Assembly: GCA_965207225.1 (NCBI GenBank)
Contig: CBDBLV010000003.1
Span: 160,001 to 224,000 of the forward strand
DNA length: 64,000 nt
Source of the DNA: Dehalococcoidia bacterium
GTDB taxonomy: Bacteria > Chloroflexota > Dehalococcoidia > Plut-88900
Direction of reading: 5' to 3'
Shown here: one piece after another, positions 28,824 to 38,239 of the stretch
Position numbering within the stretch: position 1 is the first letter of the stretch
Layout of the letters: every line of letters begins with the position of its first letter
Notes under the pieces: generated by a model
Told to the model about the DNA's origin: nothing
The model's database searches: none
What the model saw: the letters and a program-made list of their open reading frames with translations, nothing else
Translations under genes and position numbers: made by a program

Positions 28824-30056
28824 CTAGTCGGCGTTGCGGTCCCACTCGGCCGACAGGAACAGGGCGCCGAGGGTCAACAGGACGCCCGCCAGCCCGGTTA
28901 TGGTGAGGGCGAGCCTCTGGTCTCCCGATGCCTCGTGGAGCAGCCCCGCCACCACGGGCCCCGACACCGAACCCACCATCATTGCCGCATTGAGAAAACC
29001 TGCTGCGGTGGCGATCTCCCGGGTGCGAATACCCTTCAGCTGGAAGGGTATGGTCATCACCACGGGGAAGAAGGTGACACTCAGGCCGTTCAACAGCGAA
29101 AGGACTACCAGCACGGGAAAGGACCCGGAGTAGAGCAGGGCAACGGTGGTGGCCGAGACGAATATCCCGCCCACCCGCAGCGCTGTCCTTCGCTTGCCGG
29201 TCCTGTTCACCAGCAGGCTGATGCCGAGCGCGGCGGGTCCGGCAACCATCCCCGCAATGGCCCACAGCAGGGCGGTAGTCTTAATCGGGATGTCGTACCT
29301 GTCGAGCATGAGGCTGGGCCAGAAGGTGCCAAAGGATGAAAATGTAAGCTCGATCCCCAGGACCCCCAAGGCCAGTAGCCAGAGTTCGGGATAACGCAGG
29401 GCGCTCCGAACGGAAACTGGACCCCTGGCCTCGGCCTCCTTGTCGGCGGGGGGCATCGGCCTCTCCCTGCCGACCAGCAGCCAGAGGAGCGCAAAACCGA
29501 TGGTTGCGTACCCGAAGACCTGCATCGTCCTTCGCCAGTCACCGTCCAGGGCCTCCAGGACGAGGGGAACAACGATGAAGAAAGCCGAGCCCACGCCCCA
29601 TAGCAACTCGACGGAGGCGTTGGCAATGAGTATCCGTCGGGGAGATATCCACATCCTGATTAGCAGGGTCTGGGCCGGCTCCCGAGCGACTATGGTCAGG
29701 CCATACAGGAATCGGGCAACCAGCACGAGTGCGTAAACGGGCGCCCACGCCTGGAAGAAGATCACGGCTATGGCGCCGACTATCGAAGCGAGGGTGAGGA
29801 GCCTGGGAGAGAAGCGGGACAGGTAGAGGCCGAAGGGGACCGACAGGACGAGGATTGTGAGCTGGGGCGCCGCTCCGAGGAGCCCTTCGCGCACGGGGGT
29901 GAGGGCCAGCTCGCCCCTCATGCTGGGAAGGAACAGTCCCAGGGTCTCCATGACCAGGAACCCCCACATGTGGACCAGCATCCAGGTGAGGATGACGACC
30001 CAACCGTAGGCGGGGCTACTTCCTATTCGGGAAACTCCACCGAGCGCACGTAACAT
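28824..30056 (-). CDS. MFS transporter
   Basis: About 12 hydrophobic segments; shares YGWVVILTWM, METLGLFLPSMR, TIPFQLKGIRTREIA with its neighbour. Confidence 0.88.
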   Translation of the reverse strand: MLRALGGVSRIGSSPAYGWVVILTWMLVHMWGFLVMETLGLFLPSMRGELALTPVREGLLGAAPQLTILVLSVPFGLYLSRFSPRLLTLASIVGAIAVIFFQAWAPVYALVLVARFLYGLTIVAREPAQTLLIRMWISPRRILIANASVELLWGVGSAFFIVVPLVLEALDGDWRRTMQVFGYATIGFALLWLLVGRERPMPPADKEAEARGPVSVRSALRYPELWLLALGVLGIELTFSSFGTFWPSLMLDRYDIPIKTTALLWAIAGMVAGPAALGISLLVNRTGKRRTALRVGGIFVSATTVALLYSGSFPVLVVLSLLNGLSVTFFPVVMTIPFQLKGIRTREIATAAGFLNAAMMVGSVSGPVVAGLLHEASGDQRLALTITGLAGVLLTLGALFLSAEWDRNAD

Positions 30057-30114
30057 GGCGGGCGCAATCCTAGCACCCTTTTAGGCGAGGATGCGGCCCT
30101 AATCACTAAGGGAG

Positions 30115-30153
30115 AAAAAGAACCCCGGGAATGCTCAGCAGGTTCCCGGGGTT
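30115..30153 (-). terminator. Intrinsic terminator downstream of orphan higA
   Basis: AACCCCGGGAA/TTCCCGGGGTT 11-bp stem followed by a T run on the minus strand. Confidence 0.65.
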
Positions 30154-30177
30154 GGGTGACGATGGCGTGAGGAGAGG

Positions 30178-30498
30178 CTAATCCGTAGAGGAGTGATCGT
30201 TAAGCGGGCCAATCTCATCGATTAAGGCGAGAGGACATCCTAGCTCAAGCGCCAGCCGGTATCGGCCCTCAAGCCCAACCCAAACATGGGCAGGGATCCC
30301 CAGAACCTTCTCAAGCTGCACAGCCGTCCTTGGGGTAAGTGCCCTTTTGCCCAGTACAATTTCGTTGATGACGTGAAGGGGTCGCTTCATCTCGGATGCT
30401 AGACGGCGCTGGCTCATTCCGCGTGCTTCAAGCTCATCCCTGATCATCAGGCCTGGAGGCATGGCGATTGTCGGTCTTCCCAGAGAACTAACTGGCAA
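30178..30498 (-). CDS. higA: HigA-family HTH antitoxin without adjacent toxin
   Basis: PPGLMIRDELEARGMSQRRLA...INEIVLGKRALTPRTA...W. Confidence 0.8.
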   Translation of the reverse strand: MPVSSLGRPTIAMPPGLMIRDELEARGMSQRRLASEMKRPLHVINEIVLGKRALTPRTAVQLEKVLGIPAHVWVGLEGRYRLALELGCPLALIDEIGPLNDHSSTD

Positions 30499-30596
30499 TG
30501 CACCTCTCCTCGAATATGAATATTTAGCTTTGGAAACGACTAATGCGCGTCAATGCAGATACCTTACACTGAATGCCCAAATGCGCTGCCGCCTCC

Positions 30597-30629
30597 CCGC
30601 TCATACTTTGAGGGCCTCAGCACGAGCGG
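30597..30629. repeat. REP-like palindrome family B
   Basis: ccgctcatactttgagggcctcagcacgagcgg. Confidence 0.8.
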
Positions 30630-30687
30630 CCCCACATCCCCACCTGAGTCTATGTAGGCACCATTCTTGGTGAAGAGTTGGAAGGGC

Positions 30688-31974
30688 CTACCGGCCGTTA
30701 CGCGCCCACTGCCGGACCATTGAGGGGTCTGGCTCTTGCTTGAGGCAGCCCCGAGCACCGCCGAGACGCTGGAAGTCCCGGGATCGCTTTGCCAGGTTAC
30801 GGCGGAAGAGTATCAGGCCCCGGTCCAACAGCCCGAGCTTCTGCGGCCGCTCCAGGTTGATGTGCTCGTTCTTGAAGACTATCAGGTCTTCCTTTTCGTT
30901 GATGGCTATGACCCGAGCGGGCTTGTTCCAGAAGTAGTACCAGACGTCCATCCACAGCTTGCCGAAGACGGTCCTCGGGGTCTTGCAGATGGTGAACGTC
31001 CAGACCCGGGTGTTCTCCTCGTCGACTGGTACACCCCAGCGCAGGTGCACCAGGCTCCCGATGCAGACCCTGATCTTCGTGGGCAGTTGGAGGTTGTGGT
31101 TGTAGGTGGCCCACGCCTTTTCGCCCGTGGCCGTGGCTATCATGCCGGCGTTTGGAGTCTTGGGTGCCGGGAGCTTGCGCCACCAAGTCTTGCGGGGCCA
31201 CTTCCCCAGGCCCGGGTACTCCGCATGCCCGAACTTGGCCTCCGCGGTTTTGACCCAGATGTTGTCCTCTCCCTCGGATACTATCTCCGTGCCGCCGGTG
31301 GAAACCGACTTGGGCCGCCAGAAGGGGAACCGCCAGTCCACGAAGCGCCAAAAGTTGAGGCCCCGGTGCAGGTAGAACTCATGGTAGTCGATGCCCTGGT
31401 TCATGGGCTCGGTCCAGTTTGTTTCCCACATCTTGACCCTGGTGTACTTGCGGCCCGTGAGCGTGGAGTCGGAGAACTCGTAGGGGAGGTCTTCTTCGAA
31501 GGGAACAGGGTCGGTCTCTCCCATCCACACGAGGACTATGCCGTTCCACTCGGCGGTGGGGTAGACCCGGGTGCGCATCTTGCCGACCAGCGGGGAGTCC
31601 GTGCTCTCTATCAGTCCGGCGACGCAGTTGCCCGACTCGTCAAACGTATAGCCGTGGTAAGGACAAGTGACCGTGCCCTCGAACTCGCAGAAACCCCGGG
31701 AGAGCCGGGCCCCGCGGTGAGGGCACCACTCGTTAAGCGCGACGACGTTGCCCTTCTTGCCCCGGAACAGCACCAGCTCCTCCCCGAGCATCTTGATGTT
31801 CTTCGGCTTCCGCCCGACCTCCTTCGACCAGACGCACGGGTACCAGTACTCCCGGAACCCGACCTTCGGCACGTAGTCGAACGGGCCAATCTGCGTAGCG
31901 CCGTAGGCCTCGTCCTGGACATCCGGTCTTTGGGTTGTAAGAGTTTCGATATCCCTCTTGGTCGTGACTACCAT
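30688..31974 (-). CDS. Rieske non-heme iron oxygenase, alpha subunit
   Basis: CPHRG...CPYHG Rieske motif; DYHEFYLH and EDL as candidate mononuclear Fe ligands. Confidence 0.88.
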   Translation of the reverse strand: MVVTTKRDIETLTTQRPDVQDEAYGATQIGPFDYVPKVGFREYWYPCVWSKEVGRKPKNIKMLGEELVLFRGKKGNVVALNEWCPHRGARLSRGFCEFEGTVTCPYHGYTFDESGNCVAGLIESTDSPLVGKMRTRVYPTAEWNGIVLVWMGETDPVPFEEDLPYEFSDSTLTGRKYTRVKMWETNWTEPMNQGIDYHEFYLHRGLNFWRFVDWRFPFWRPKSVSTGGTEIVSEGEDNIWVKTAEAKFGHAEYPGLGKWPRKTWWRKLPAPKTPNAGMIATATGEKAWATYNHNLQLPTKIRVCIGSLVHLRWGVPVDEENTRVWTFTICKTPRTVFGKLWMDVWYYFWNKPARVIAINEKEDLIVFKNEHINLERPQKLGLLDRGLILFRRNLAKRSRDFQRLGGARGCLKQEPDPSMVRQWARNGR

Positions 31975-32112
31975 AGCGCCTCACCCCTCGCTGACGGTCT
32001 AACAGGGAACCGCTTATGGGGCTGATTCTACCAGACGTGCGGTCGAGCAACAAAAGAAGGTGTGGAGGTTTCATTTTGTGTCGGGGCGGGATACCCTACG
32101 CCCGGAGGATTT

Positions 32113-32913
32113 ATGCCTGTACTGAGCAAGAGCCGTGAGGGTCGTAAAGAGATAATCGGCGTCGTGCACCTGCTGCCGCTCCCCGGGAGTCCCGGCTGGA
32201 AGGGAGACCTTGACGTTGTCGTGGAGCACGCCTTAAGGGACACCGAGGCCCTCGCCCGCGGCGGCATCGACGCCGTGATATTCGAGAACTTCGGCGACGT
32301 TCCTTTCCTGCGCGGGCCCCTGCCTCCCGAGACCATCGCAGCCATGGCAGTGGTGATCGAGGGTGTGGCCAACAACGTCGAAGTTCCCTTCGGGGTGAAC
32401 GTCCTGCGCAACGACCCCATCGCTGCCCTCGGCCTGGCCTATGCAACAGGTGGCGAGTTCATAAGGGTCAATGTTCACACCGGCGTAATGGTCACCGACC
32501 AGGGGATCATCGAGGGTCGGGCCGAGGATACAGTGAGGAGAAGAACTGCACTGTCAGCACCCGTCAAGCTCCTCGCAGATGTCCTGGTGAAGCACGCCGT
32601 GCCCCTGGGAGAACAGGACATCCGGGACGCTGCAAAAGCCGCTGTTTACAGGGGAATGGCCAATGCGCTGATAGTGACGGGGCCTTTTACGGGGAAAGAG
32701 GCCGACCTATCGGACGTAAAGGCGGTGAAGGAGTCGGTGCCGGAAGGCACTCCGGTGCTGGTCGGGAGCGGAATCACCGAGGCCAATATCGGGAGCTACC
32801 TGGAGTGGGCAGACGGGGTGATTGTGGGGACAAGCCTGAAGAGGGCTAGCGTGGTATCCAATCCGGTCGATGTGGAGAGGGTGGTGAGGCTCGTGTCGGC
32901 GGGGCGGGGCTAG
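32113..32913 (+). CDS. BtpA/SgcQ family protein
   Basis: IIGVVHLLPLPGSP, ENFGDVPF, GVNVLRND, ADVLVKH. Confidence 0.92.
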   Translation: MPVLSKSREGRKEIIGVVHLLPLPGSPGWKGDLDVVVEHALRDTEALARGGIDAVIFENFGDVPFLRGPLPPETIAAMAVVIEGVANNVEVPFGVNVLRNDPIAALGLAYATGGEFIRVNVHTGVMVTDQGIIEGRAEDTVRRRTALSAPVKLLADVLVKHAVPLGEQDIRDAAKAAVYRGMANALIVTGPFTGKEADLSDVKAVKESVPEGTPVLVGSGITEANIGSYLEWADGVIVGTSLKRASVVSNPVDVERVVRLVSAGRG

Positions 32914-32920
32914 GCAAAGG

Positions 32921-33111
32921 AAAAGCCCCGAGGCGCTTCAGCCTTACGGCAGTCCCGGTGGACAACCCGGGAACCTCGGGGCTCGGTGCCTGTGCGGATT
33001 CCGTAAACGGAACCCATCGGGCACAACATCGTGTCAAACCGTTTACGTTACAGACACCTCACCAGTCCGTTTATCATCTATTTCCAATTGATCACCTCCT
33101 TTCTTGATGTA
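32921..33111 (-). ncRNA. Candidate small structured RNA / sORF transcript
   Basis: TTGCGC-18 nt-TATATT promoter (33146-33117); AGAAAGGAGGTGATC (33104-33090); internal hairpins; branched terminal stem plus T run. Confidence 0.5.
33043..33087 (-). CDS. 14-aa small ORF MEIDDKRTGEVSVT
   Basis: TTG start 7 nt after the GGAGG core of an extended SD; TAA stop. Confidence 0.4.
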   Translation of the reverse strand: MEIDDKRTGEVSVT

Positions 33112-33240
33112 CTTCCAATATAAGGCCATTGTGGTGAATCGCGCAATACCGGACTTGCACAAGCCGATGTGTATTGCTGAATGGGTGGGGCGGGTCTATC
33201 ATGTCGAGCAAAATTTTTCGAGCCGGGGAAGGGGCGCAAC

Positions 33241-34494
33241 ATGGACTCGGCAAACGGAGAAGCGGGATGTACCTCAGGGCCCTTGAAGGGAATTCGGGTC
33301 ATCGAGCTGGCCGTATGGCACAACGGCGGCGCTGCCGGCTACATGCTCGGAGACCTGGGTGCCGACGTCATCAAGATTGAGCAGCCCCGAGTCGGAGACC
33401 CGAGCCGGGGCGTCACCCAGGCCTTCGGCCACAACCTCGAACTGCCCGGGGGTCGGACCCTGTGGTTCGAGATGGTGAACCGGGGCAAAAGGGCCATGAC
33501 TCTCGACCTCAAGAGCCCTAAAGGCAAAGAGGTCATGCACAAGCTCATCGCCGAGGCCGACGTCTTCTTCACCAACTACACCTCGGACGTCGTCGAACGT
33601 CTGGGTGCCGACTACGAGACCCTCTCCGCCATCAATCCCCGGCTCGTCTGGGCCATAAACACCGCCTACGGCACCCGGGGCCCGCTGGCCAACAAGCACG
33701 GCTACGACTCATCCATCCAGGCCCACACCGGCTATGCCTATCGCATGGGCAACGCCGAGGGCGGGGACCCCATAATCGTCGGGGGCGGCACCTTCGACCA
33801 GTTGGGCGCAACGATGCTGGTCTACGGCATCATGGCCGCGCTGATAGCCAGGGAGAAGCAGGGCGTCGGGCAGGCGGTGGAAGCCTCGATGCTGGGCAGC
33901 TCCGTACACCTGCAGCACGACAACTTCCACATGTACCTCTGGAAGAACGATTCGACCTTCGGAACATCCCCACGGGCTTCACTGGACCCCTTCGTAAACT
34001 GGTACAGGTGCGCTGACGGCAAATGGATCATGCTCAACGAGCCCCATCCCGAGAGGGTCTGGGAAGCGTTCTGCTCCACCATGGGGCTGGACAGGTATGT
34101 GGACGACCCCCGCTTCGACACCCTCGCCGTAAGGCTGGAAAACGCGGCGGCCTTCAGGGACATCCTGATCGAGACCTTCGGGTCTAGACCCAGGCAAACG
34201 TGGACCGACCTGTTCACCAAAAGGAAGGTACGGTTCGTCTACACCCTGGTGAATACGGTGGCCGAGTCCGCCGCCGACCCCCAGGTCCTTGCCAACGAGT
34301 ACGTGGTCGAGACCCAGCACCCGACAATGGGCGCCACCAGGACCACGGGCCTGCCGATCAAGTTCTCCAGGACACCGGCGGAGGTCGGGCATGCGGCCCC
34401 CGAGTTCGGCCAGCACACGGAAGAGGTCTTGACCGAGGTGTGCGGGTATGGCTGGGAAGAGGTCGTCGAGCTGCGGGAGTCGGGCGTGGTCTAG
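33241..34494 (+). CDS. Class III CoA-transferase (CaiB/BaiF family)
   Basis: PLKGIRVIE, LGDLGADVIKIE, NRGKR, APEFGQHTEEVL. Confidence 0.93.
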   Translation: MDSANGEAGCTSGPLKGIRVIELAVWHNGGAAGYMLGDLGADVIKIEQPRVGDPSRGVTQAFGHNLELPGGRTLWFEMVNRGKRAMTLDLKSPKGKEVMHKLIAEADVFFTNYTSDVVERLGADYETLSAINPRLVWAINTAYGTRGPLANKHGYDSSIQAHTGYAYRMGNAEGGDPIIVGGGTFDQLGATMLVYGIMAALIAREKQGVGQAVEASMLGSSVHLQHDNFHMYLWKNDSTFGTSPRASLDPFVNWYRCADGKWIMLNEPHPERVWEAFCSTMGLDRYVDDPRFDTLAVRLENAAAFRDILIETFGSRPRQTWTDLFTKRKVRFVYTLVNTVAESAADPQVLANEYVVETQHPTMGATRTTGLPIKFSRTPAEVGHAAPEFGQHTEEVLTEVCGYGWEEVVELRESGVV

Positions 34495-34506
34495 CCTGCG
34501 CTTATA

Positions 34507-35787
34507 ATGGCTGCCAGTACTATGGCAGCCATATCCCGGGAAACCTCCCACCAGCGTCCCCCCGCCGAGGATCCGATACCGCCGTACCGATGGGCGGTCA
34601 TAGGGGCCATGTCATCGGGCATTGCCACCTCCATGGCGATGCTCTTTTTCATCGGTCTCCTTCTCCCCGACATCTCCGAGGAGATGGGCCTGTCCCCAAC
34701 ACAGCAGGGTCTGGTGGGGTCCTCCGCATTGCTGGTGAACCTGGTGCTTGTTATGCCGATAAACAGCCTGATGTCCAGGTTCAGGCCCCGTCGCATGCTC
34801 ACCTTTGCCCTGCTGGTAGTCGCCGGGTCGGTGTTCATCCAAGCCCGGGCCCCGGTATTCGGGGTGCTGATTCTGGGCAGGGTTGTCCTGGCCCTCGGGA
34901 CCATGTTCACCCAGGCCCCGAGAGTCCTGCTCATCCAGCAGTGGTCCAACCGTCGCCAGATGGCCATGACCAACGGCATCCTGGTGGGAAGCGTTGACAT
35001 GATGTTCGGTGCGGTGTCATTTATGACGCCGTTCATCGTCCAGTGGTCAGGAGGGTGGAGGCGGGCGCTGGATACGTGGGGTTTTGTGTGCATTGCTCTG
35101 ATGCTGGTGTGGTTCGTAGTGGGTCGGGAGCGGGGGGCGGAGGAGCAGAGGGCCCGGGTGAAGGAGCAGGAGGGCACGCCCCTGAAGACCGTCCTGAAGT
35201 ACCGGGAGCTTTGGTATGCCAGCATAGGCCTCTTCGGAGTGGTGCTGGCGGAGATGGCCTTCAGCGTGTTCTGGCCGACCTTCGCAGAGACCCAGCTGAA
35301 CCTGTCGGCTACGATGGTCGGGGTGGCGGTCGGGATTTCGGCCATAGCCGCCGCCCCGAGCTCCATCGGCATCAACGCCGTGGCCTTCTTCAACCGCAAC
35401 AGACCCCTTGTCCTGGCTACCTGCGGGATCGCCAAGTTCATCCTCATCCTGCTGTTGCTCTACACCGAGCCCGCAGCCCTCGTAATCCTCCTGACGACGC
35501 TCAAGGGCATCTTCTCTGCCTTCTTCGCCGTGCTGATGGGCATGGTATTCTACCTGCCCAACATCAAACCCAGGGAGGTCGCCGTCGGGCAGGCGTTCCT
35601 GAGGTTGTCCATATCCACCGGCGCAGCCCTGGGGCCGATGATGGTGGGGTTCGTCCAGGAAGCGACGGGAGACCTGCGTCAGGCGCTGTTGTATACGGCC
35701 TTTGCACCGCTGGCCCTCGTCCTGACCTCGGCGCTGTTGTGGAAGCCGGGTCGGGCCTCCGGCCTCGAGCCCCGGGCCACGACCTAG
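34507..35787 (+). CDS. MFS transporter (start 34507 or 34522)
   Basis: About 12 hydrophobic segments; same family as 27504/28824 (LKYRELW, REVA, GP...TGDLR). Confidence 0.85.
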   Translation: MAASTMAAISRETSHQRPPAEDPIPPYRWAVIGAMSSGIATSMAMLFFIGLLLPDISEEMGLSPTQQGLVGSSALLVNLVLVMPINSLMSRFRPRRMLTFALLVVAGSVFIQARAPVFGVLILGRVVLALGTMFTQAPRVLLIQQWSNRRQMAMTNGILVGSVDMMFGAVSFMTPFIVQWSGGWRRALDTWGFVCIALMLVWFVVGRERGAEEQRARVKEQEGTPLKTVLKYRELWYASIGLFGVVLAEMAFSVFWPTFAETQLNLSATMVGVAVGISAIAAAPSSIGINAVAFFNRNRPLVLATCGIAKFILILLLLYTEPAALVILLTTLKGIFSAFFAVLMGMVFYLPNIKPREVAVGQAFLRLSISTGAALGPMMVGFVQEATGDLRQALLYTAFAPLALVLTSALLWKPGRASGLEPRATT

Positions 35788-35869
35788 AGGAACGATGCGT
35801 AAGCCATAACTCTGACATCGTCATCATCCCCGTCCCCGTCCATGCTTAAGCGCCCCCGCCGTATTGAGG

Positions 35870-37441
35870 CTAGCCGGAGTCTGTCACCCGCTCTCCATGA
35901 AAGCTGCCCATCCCCGGCATGGTTACCGTCACCCGCTCGCTGCGTCCCGCGTCGGGCTGGAACTCCAGGACCGCTGGCCATTCCAACCAGACGAAGCTCC
36001 CGTCCTCAGTCTCCCGGACCTCCGACAGGTAGGGCGGAAACAGCTCGCCGCTCAAATCTTCTTCCCCGTTGGAGTAGAGCTTGTCTCCCCGGCGGATGAT
36101 GTCCAGGGCGGGGTGCTGACCGAGAAACCCGACTATCGAATACCGACCCACATGATTGTCGAACCGGGAGGGGTCAGGCACAGCGAATTCCCTAGACATT
36201 GACGGCGGAAGCGCCACCTCCGCTATGGAGACGGTGCGGTGGAATATCAGGCAGTCCCAGGCAAGTCCCGGCGCCTGGGGGGTATAGCGAAGATTGTGAC
36301 GTGTCATCCGCTCGGTGTTCAGCCAGTCCGCCACGGGCCCTGAGTCCGGCGCCCCACGCAGGTCCAGGAAGAAGCAGTCCGGCCCGACCTGGTCATAGGC
36401 GAAGGCGTTGGAGTCGGGTATCGGGTCTTCGCCCTTGACGGAGTAGGTGCAGGAAACGCCGATGTACAGCAGCTTTTCCCTGCCTATACGATTTGCAGCG
36501 TAGGAACCCATGGAGGTCCCTTTCTGGATTCGCACCGGGTACAGCTGCAGGTGGCTGTTGTGGGCCCCGACAACCATCCGGGCCCCGGGGCCTTCACGTT
36601 TCAGGATCCATTCCAGGGAACAGGCCATGGAGACGTCGCGGGTATTCCAGAAGGCCCGGAACCCGTCGTCGGAATCGAGGTCCCCGGTCTGGGCCAGGGT
36701 CAGGAACAGGTCGCGTAAGATCTCTGCACTCCTCAACGCCCATTCGTAGTCGTCCTGTGAACTGGCCTCGATGTAAGCCAGCCTGCGTTGTTCGATCAGG
36801 TTCACAACCAGGGTCGATTCCGCGATGAGCCTGCGCCAGGTTTCTTCTTCAACGTCGCCCCGATTGTCAAAATTGATGCCTCGGACCGGCCCTCCAAAAA
36901 TAGTCTCCACTTGGTCGGCAAGACCGTCATCCACCTTGCGGCCAAATTCCACCACCGCATTGAAAGCGTGCCGTGCATGGAACCAATTCCCGGAGCCGTC
37001 CATCCCGTAGAAGCGCAGTTCCCGGTCACGGTCGGGGTTGGCGTTGTAGTCCCTCATCCACTGGATAAGCTCCTGGAGCTCCGCCCATATCCCCCAGGCA
37101 TTGGTCACCGAGTTGACCACCGTATCCCAGTCGACATCCGCCCCAGCCACGTATTCGTGGATTGCACGGCTTTCAACCAGCCCCGACTCCAGCACGAAAG
37201 TGTTGAATCCGTGCTCTTCGACAAGGTACTTGAACACACGCGCACGGATGCGGTTCCATTCGTGCAGGTAGTGGGCGTTCTCGCCGATTGCTACGATGCG
37301 GGCGTCCCCGACCACCTCCCCCAGGAACCCCAGATCGTCATAGTTCTCATCATGCCGGGGAATGGAGAGGGGAATGGCCTCGCCCCGCGCCCAGGCTATG
37401 AAGGGTCCTGCGTCGACCGCCGTGTTCTTTTCATCGGCCAT
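35870..37441 (-). CDS. Erythromycin esterase (EreA/EreB-like) family protein with C-terminal extension
   Basis: IVAIGENAH, LESG, FYGMD, RDVSMA, AHNSH; start MADEK with AAGGAGG SD. Confidence 0.82.
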   Translation of the reverse strand: MADEKNTAVDAGPFIAWARGEAIPLSIPRHDENYDDLGFLGEVVGDARIVAIGENAHYLHEWNRIRARVFKYLVEEHGFNTFVLESGLVESRAIHEYVAGADVDWDTVVNSVTNAWGIWAELQELIQWMRDYNANPDRDRELRFYGMDGSGNWFHARHAFNAVVEFGRKVDDGLADQVETIFGGPVRGINFDNRGDVEEETWRRLIAESTLVVNLIEQRRLAYIEASSQDDYEWALRSAEILRDLFLTLAQTGDLDSDDGFRAFWNTRDVSMACSLEWILKREGPGARMVVGAHNSHLQLYPVRIQKGTSMGSYAANRIGREKLLYIGVSCTYSVKGEDPIPDSNAFAYDQVGPDCFFLDLRGAPDSGPVADWLNTERMTRHNLRYTPQAPGLAWDCLIFHRTVSIAEVALPPSMSREFAVPDPSRFDNHVGRYSIVGFLGQHPALDIIRRGDKLYSNGEEDLSGELFPPYLSEVRETEDGSFVWLEWPAVLEFQPDAGRSERVTVTMPGMGSFHGERVTDSG

Positions 37442-37570
37442 AATCGGGTGTCCTCCTTCGATGTTATCCGAGAGTATACGGGTTAACGATAATCCCAGGT
37501 TATCGGAAGCTCCATTGGGGTAAAGTACGTTGAGCCGCGACTCCCGGGCCATAACGCAGGGATAAGGTGC

Positions 37571-38215
37571 ATGAGCAGACAGACAGGAGACCCCTTCCGC
37601 CCCGAGTACTTCAGGAGAGAGGACGAAAGGCCCGACGTACTCTTCTACGCCGAACCCCGCCTTGTAGTCCACATAGACGCACACGCCATCCGGGCCATAG
37701 GGGACTACCTGTCAGAGACCCTGCCCTCCGGGGGCGTGATACTGGACCTGATGAGCAGCTGGAGGTCCCACTTGCCGGAGGACCAGGCGAGAGGGAAGGT
37801 GGTCGGGCTTGGGCTCAACGGCGTTGAGATGAACGAAAACCCCCAATTGGACGACGCCGTAGTCCACGACCTTAACGCCAGTCCTGCCTTGCCCTTTCGA
37901 GATGCGACCTTTGATGCTGCAATTCTGACGGTGTCGGTGCAGTACCTGACCAGGCCCGAACAGGTATTCGCAGAGGTGGCGAGGGTCCTGAAGCCCGGGG
38001 CCCGGTTCCACGTAATCTATTCCAACCGCATGTTCCCAACCAAGGCAACCGCCATCTGGAAAGCGCTCTCGGACGGGGACAGGGCGAAACTAATCGGGGC
38101 ATATTTCCGGCGGTCGGGGAGATGGGACGAACCCAAGGCACGGGACATCACCCCGAGAACCGGGGCCTACAATGACCCGGTGTACGTGGTTTCGGCAGCG
38201 TCAATTGACAAGTGA
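37571..38215 (+). CDS. SAM-dependent methyltransferase (type 11)
   Basis: FYAEPRLVVHID, LDLMSSWRSHLP, SVQYL, SNRMFPTKA. Confidence 0.9.
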   Translation: MSRQTGDPFRPEYFRREDERPDVLFYAEPRLVVHIDAHAIRAIGDYLSETLPSGGVILDLMSSWRSHLPEDQARGKVVGLGLNGVEMNENPQLDDAVVHDLNASPALPFRDATFDAAILTVSVQYLTRPEQVFAEVARVLKPGARFHVIYSNRMFPTKATAIWKALSDGDRAKLIGAYFRRSGRWDEPKARDITPRTGAYNDPVYVVSAASIDK

Positions 38216-38239
38216 CAATGGCGACTTTACATTCTTGAT

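Noticed and set aside
30736-32025. 429-aa plus-strand ORF (likewise 12229-13794, 39490-41001, 43906-44895)
   Set aside because: Antisense shadows of well-supported genes, typical of GC-rich DNA
33090-33104. GATCACCTCCTTTCT on the plus strand as a 16S rRNA gene end
   Set aside because: No 16S sequence precedes it; better explained as an extended SD on the minus strand
35870-37441. Calling the Ere-like gene an antibiotic-resistance determinant
   Set aside because: Family membership alone does not show macrolide activity; no mobile context
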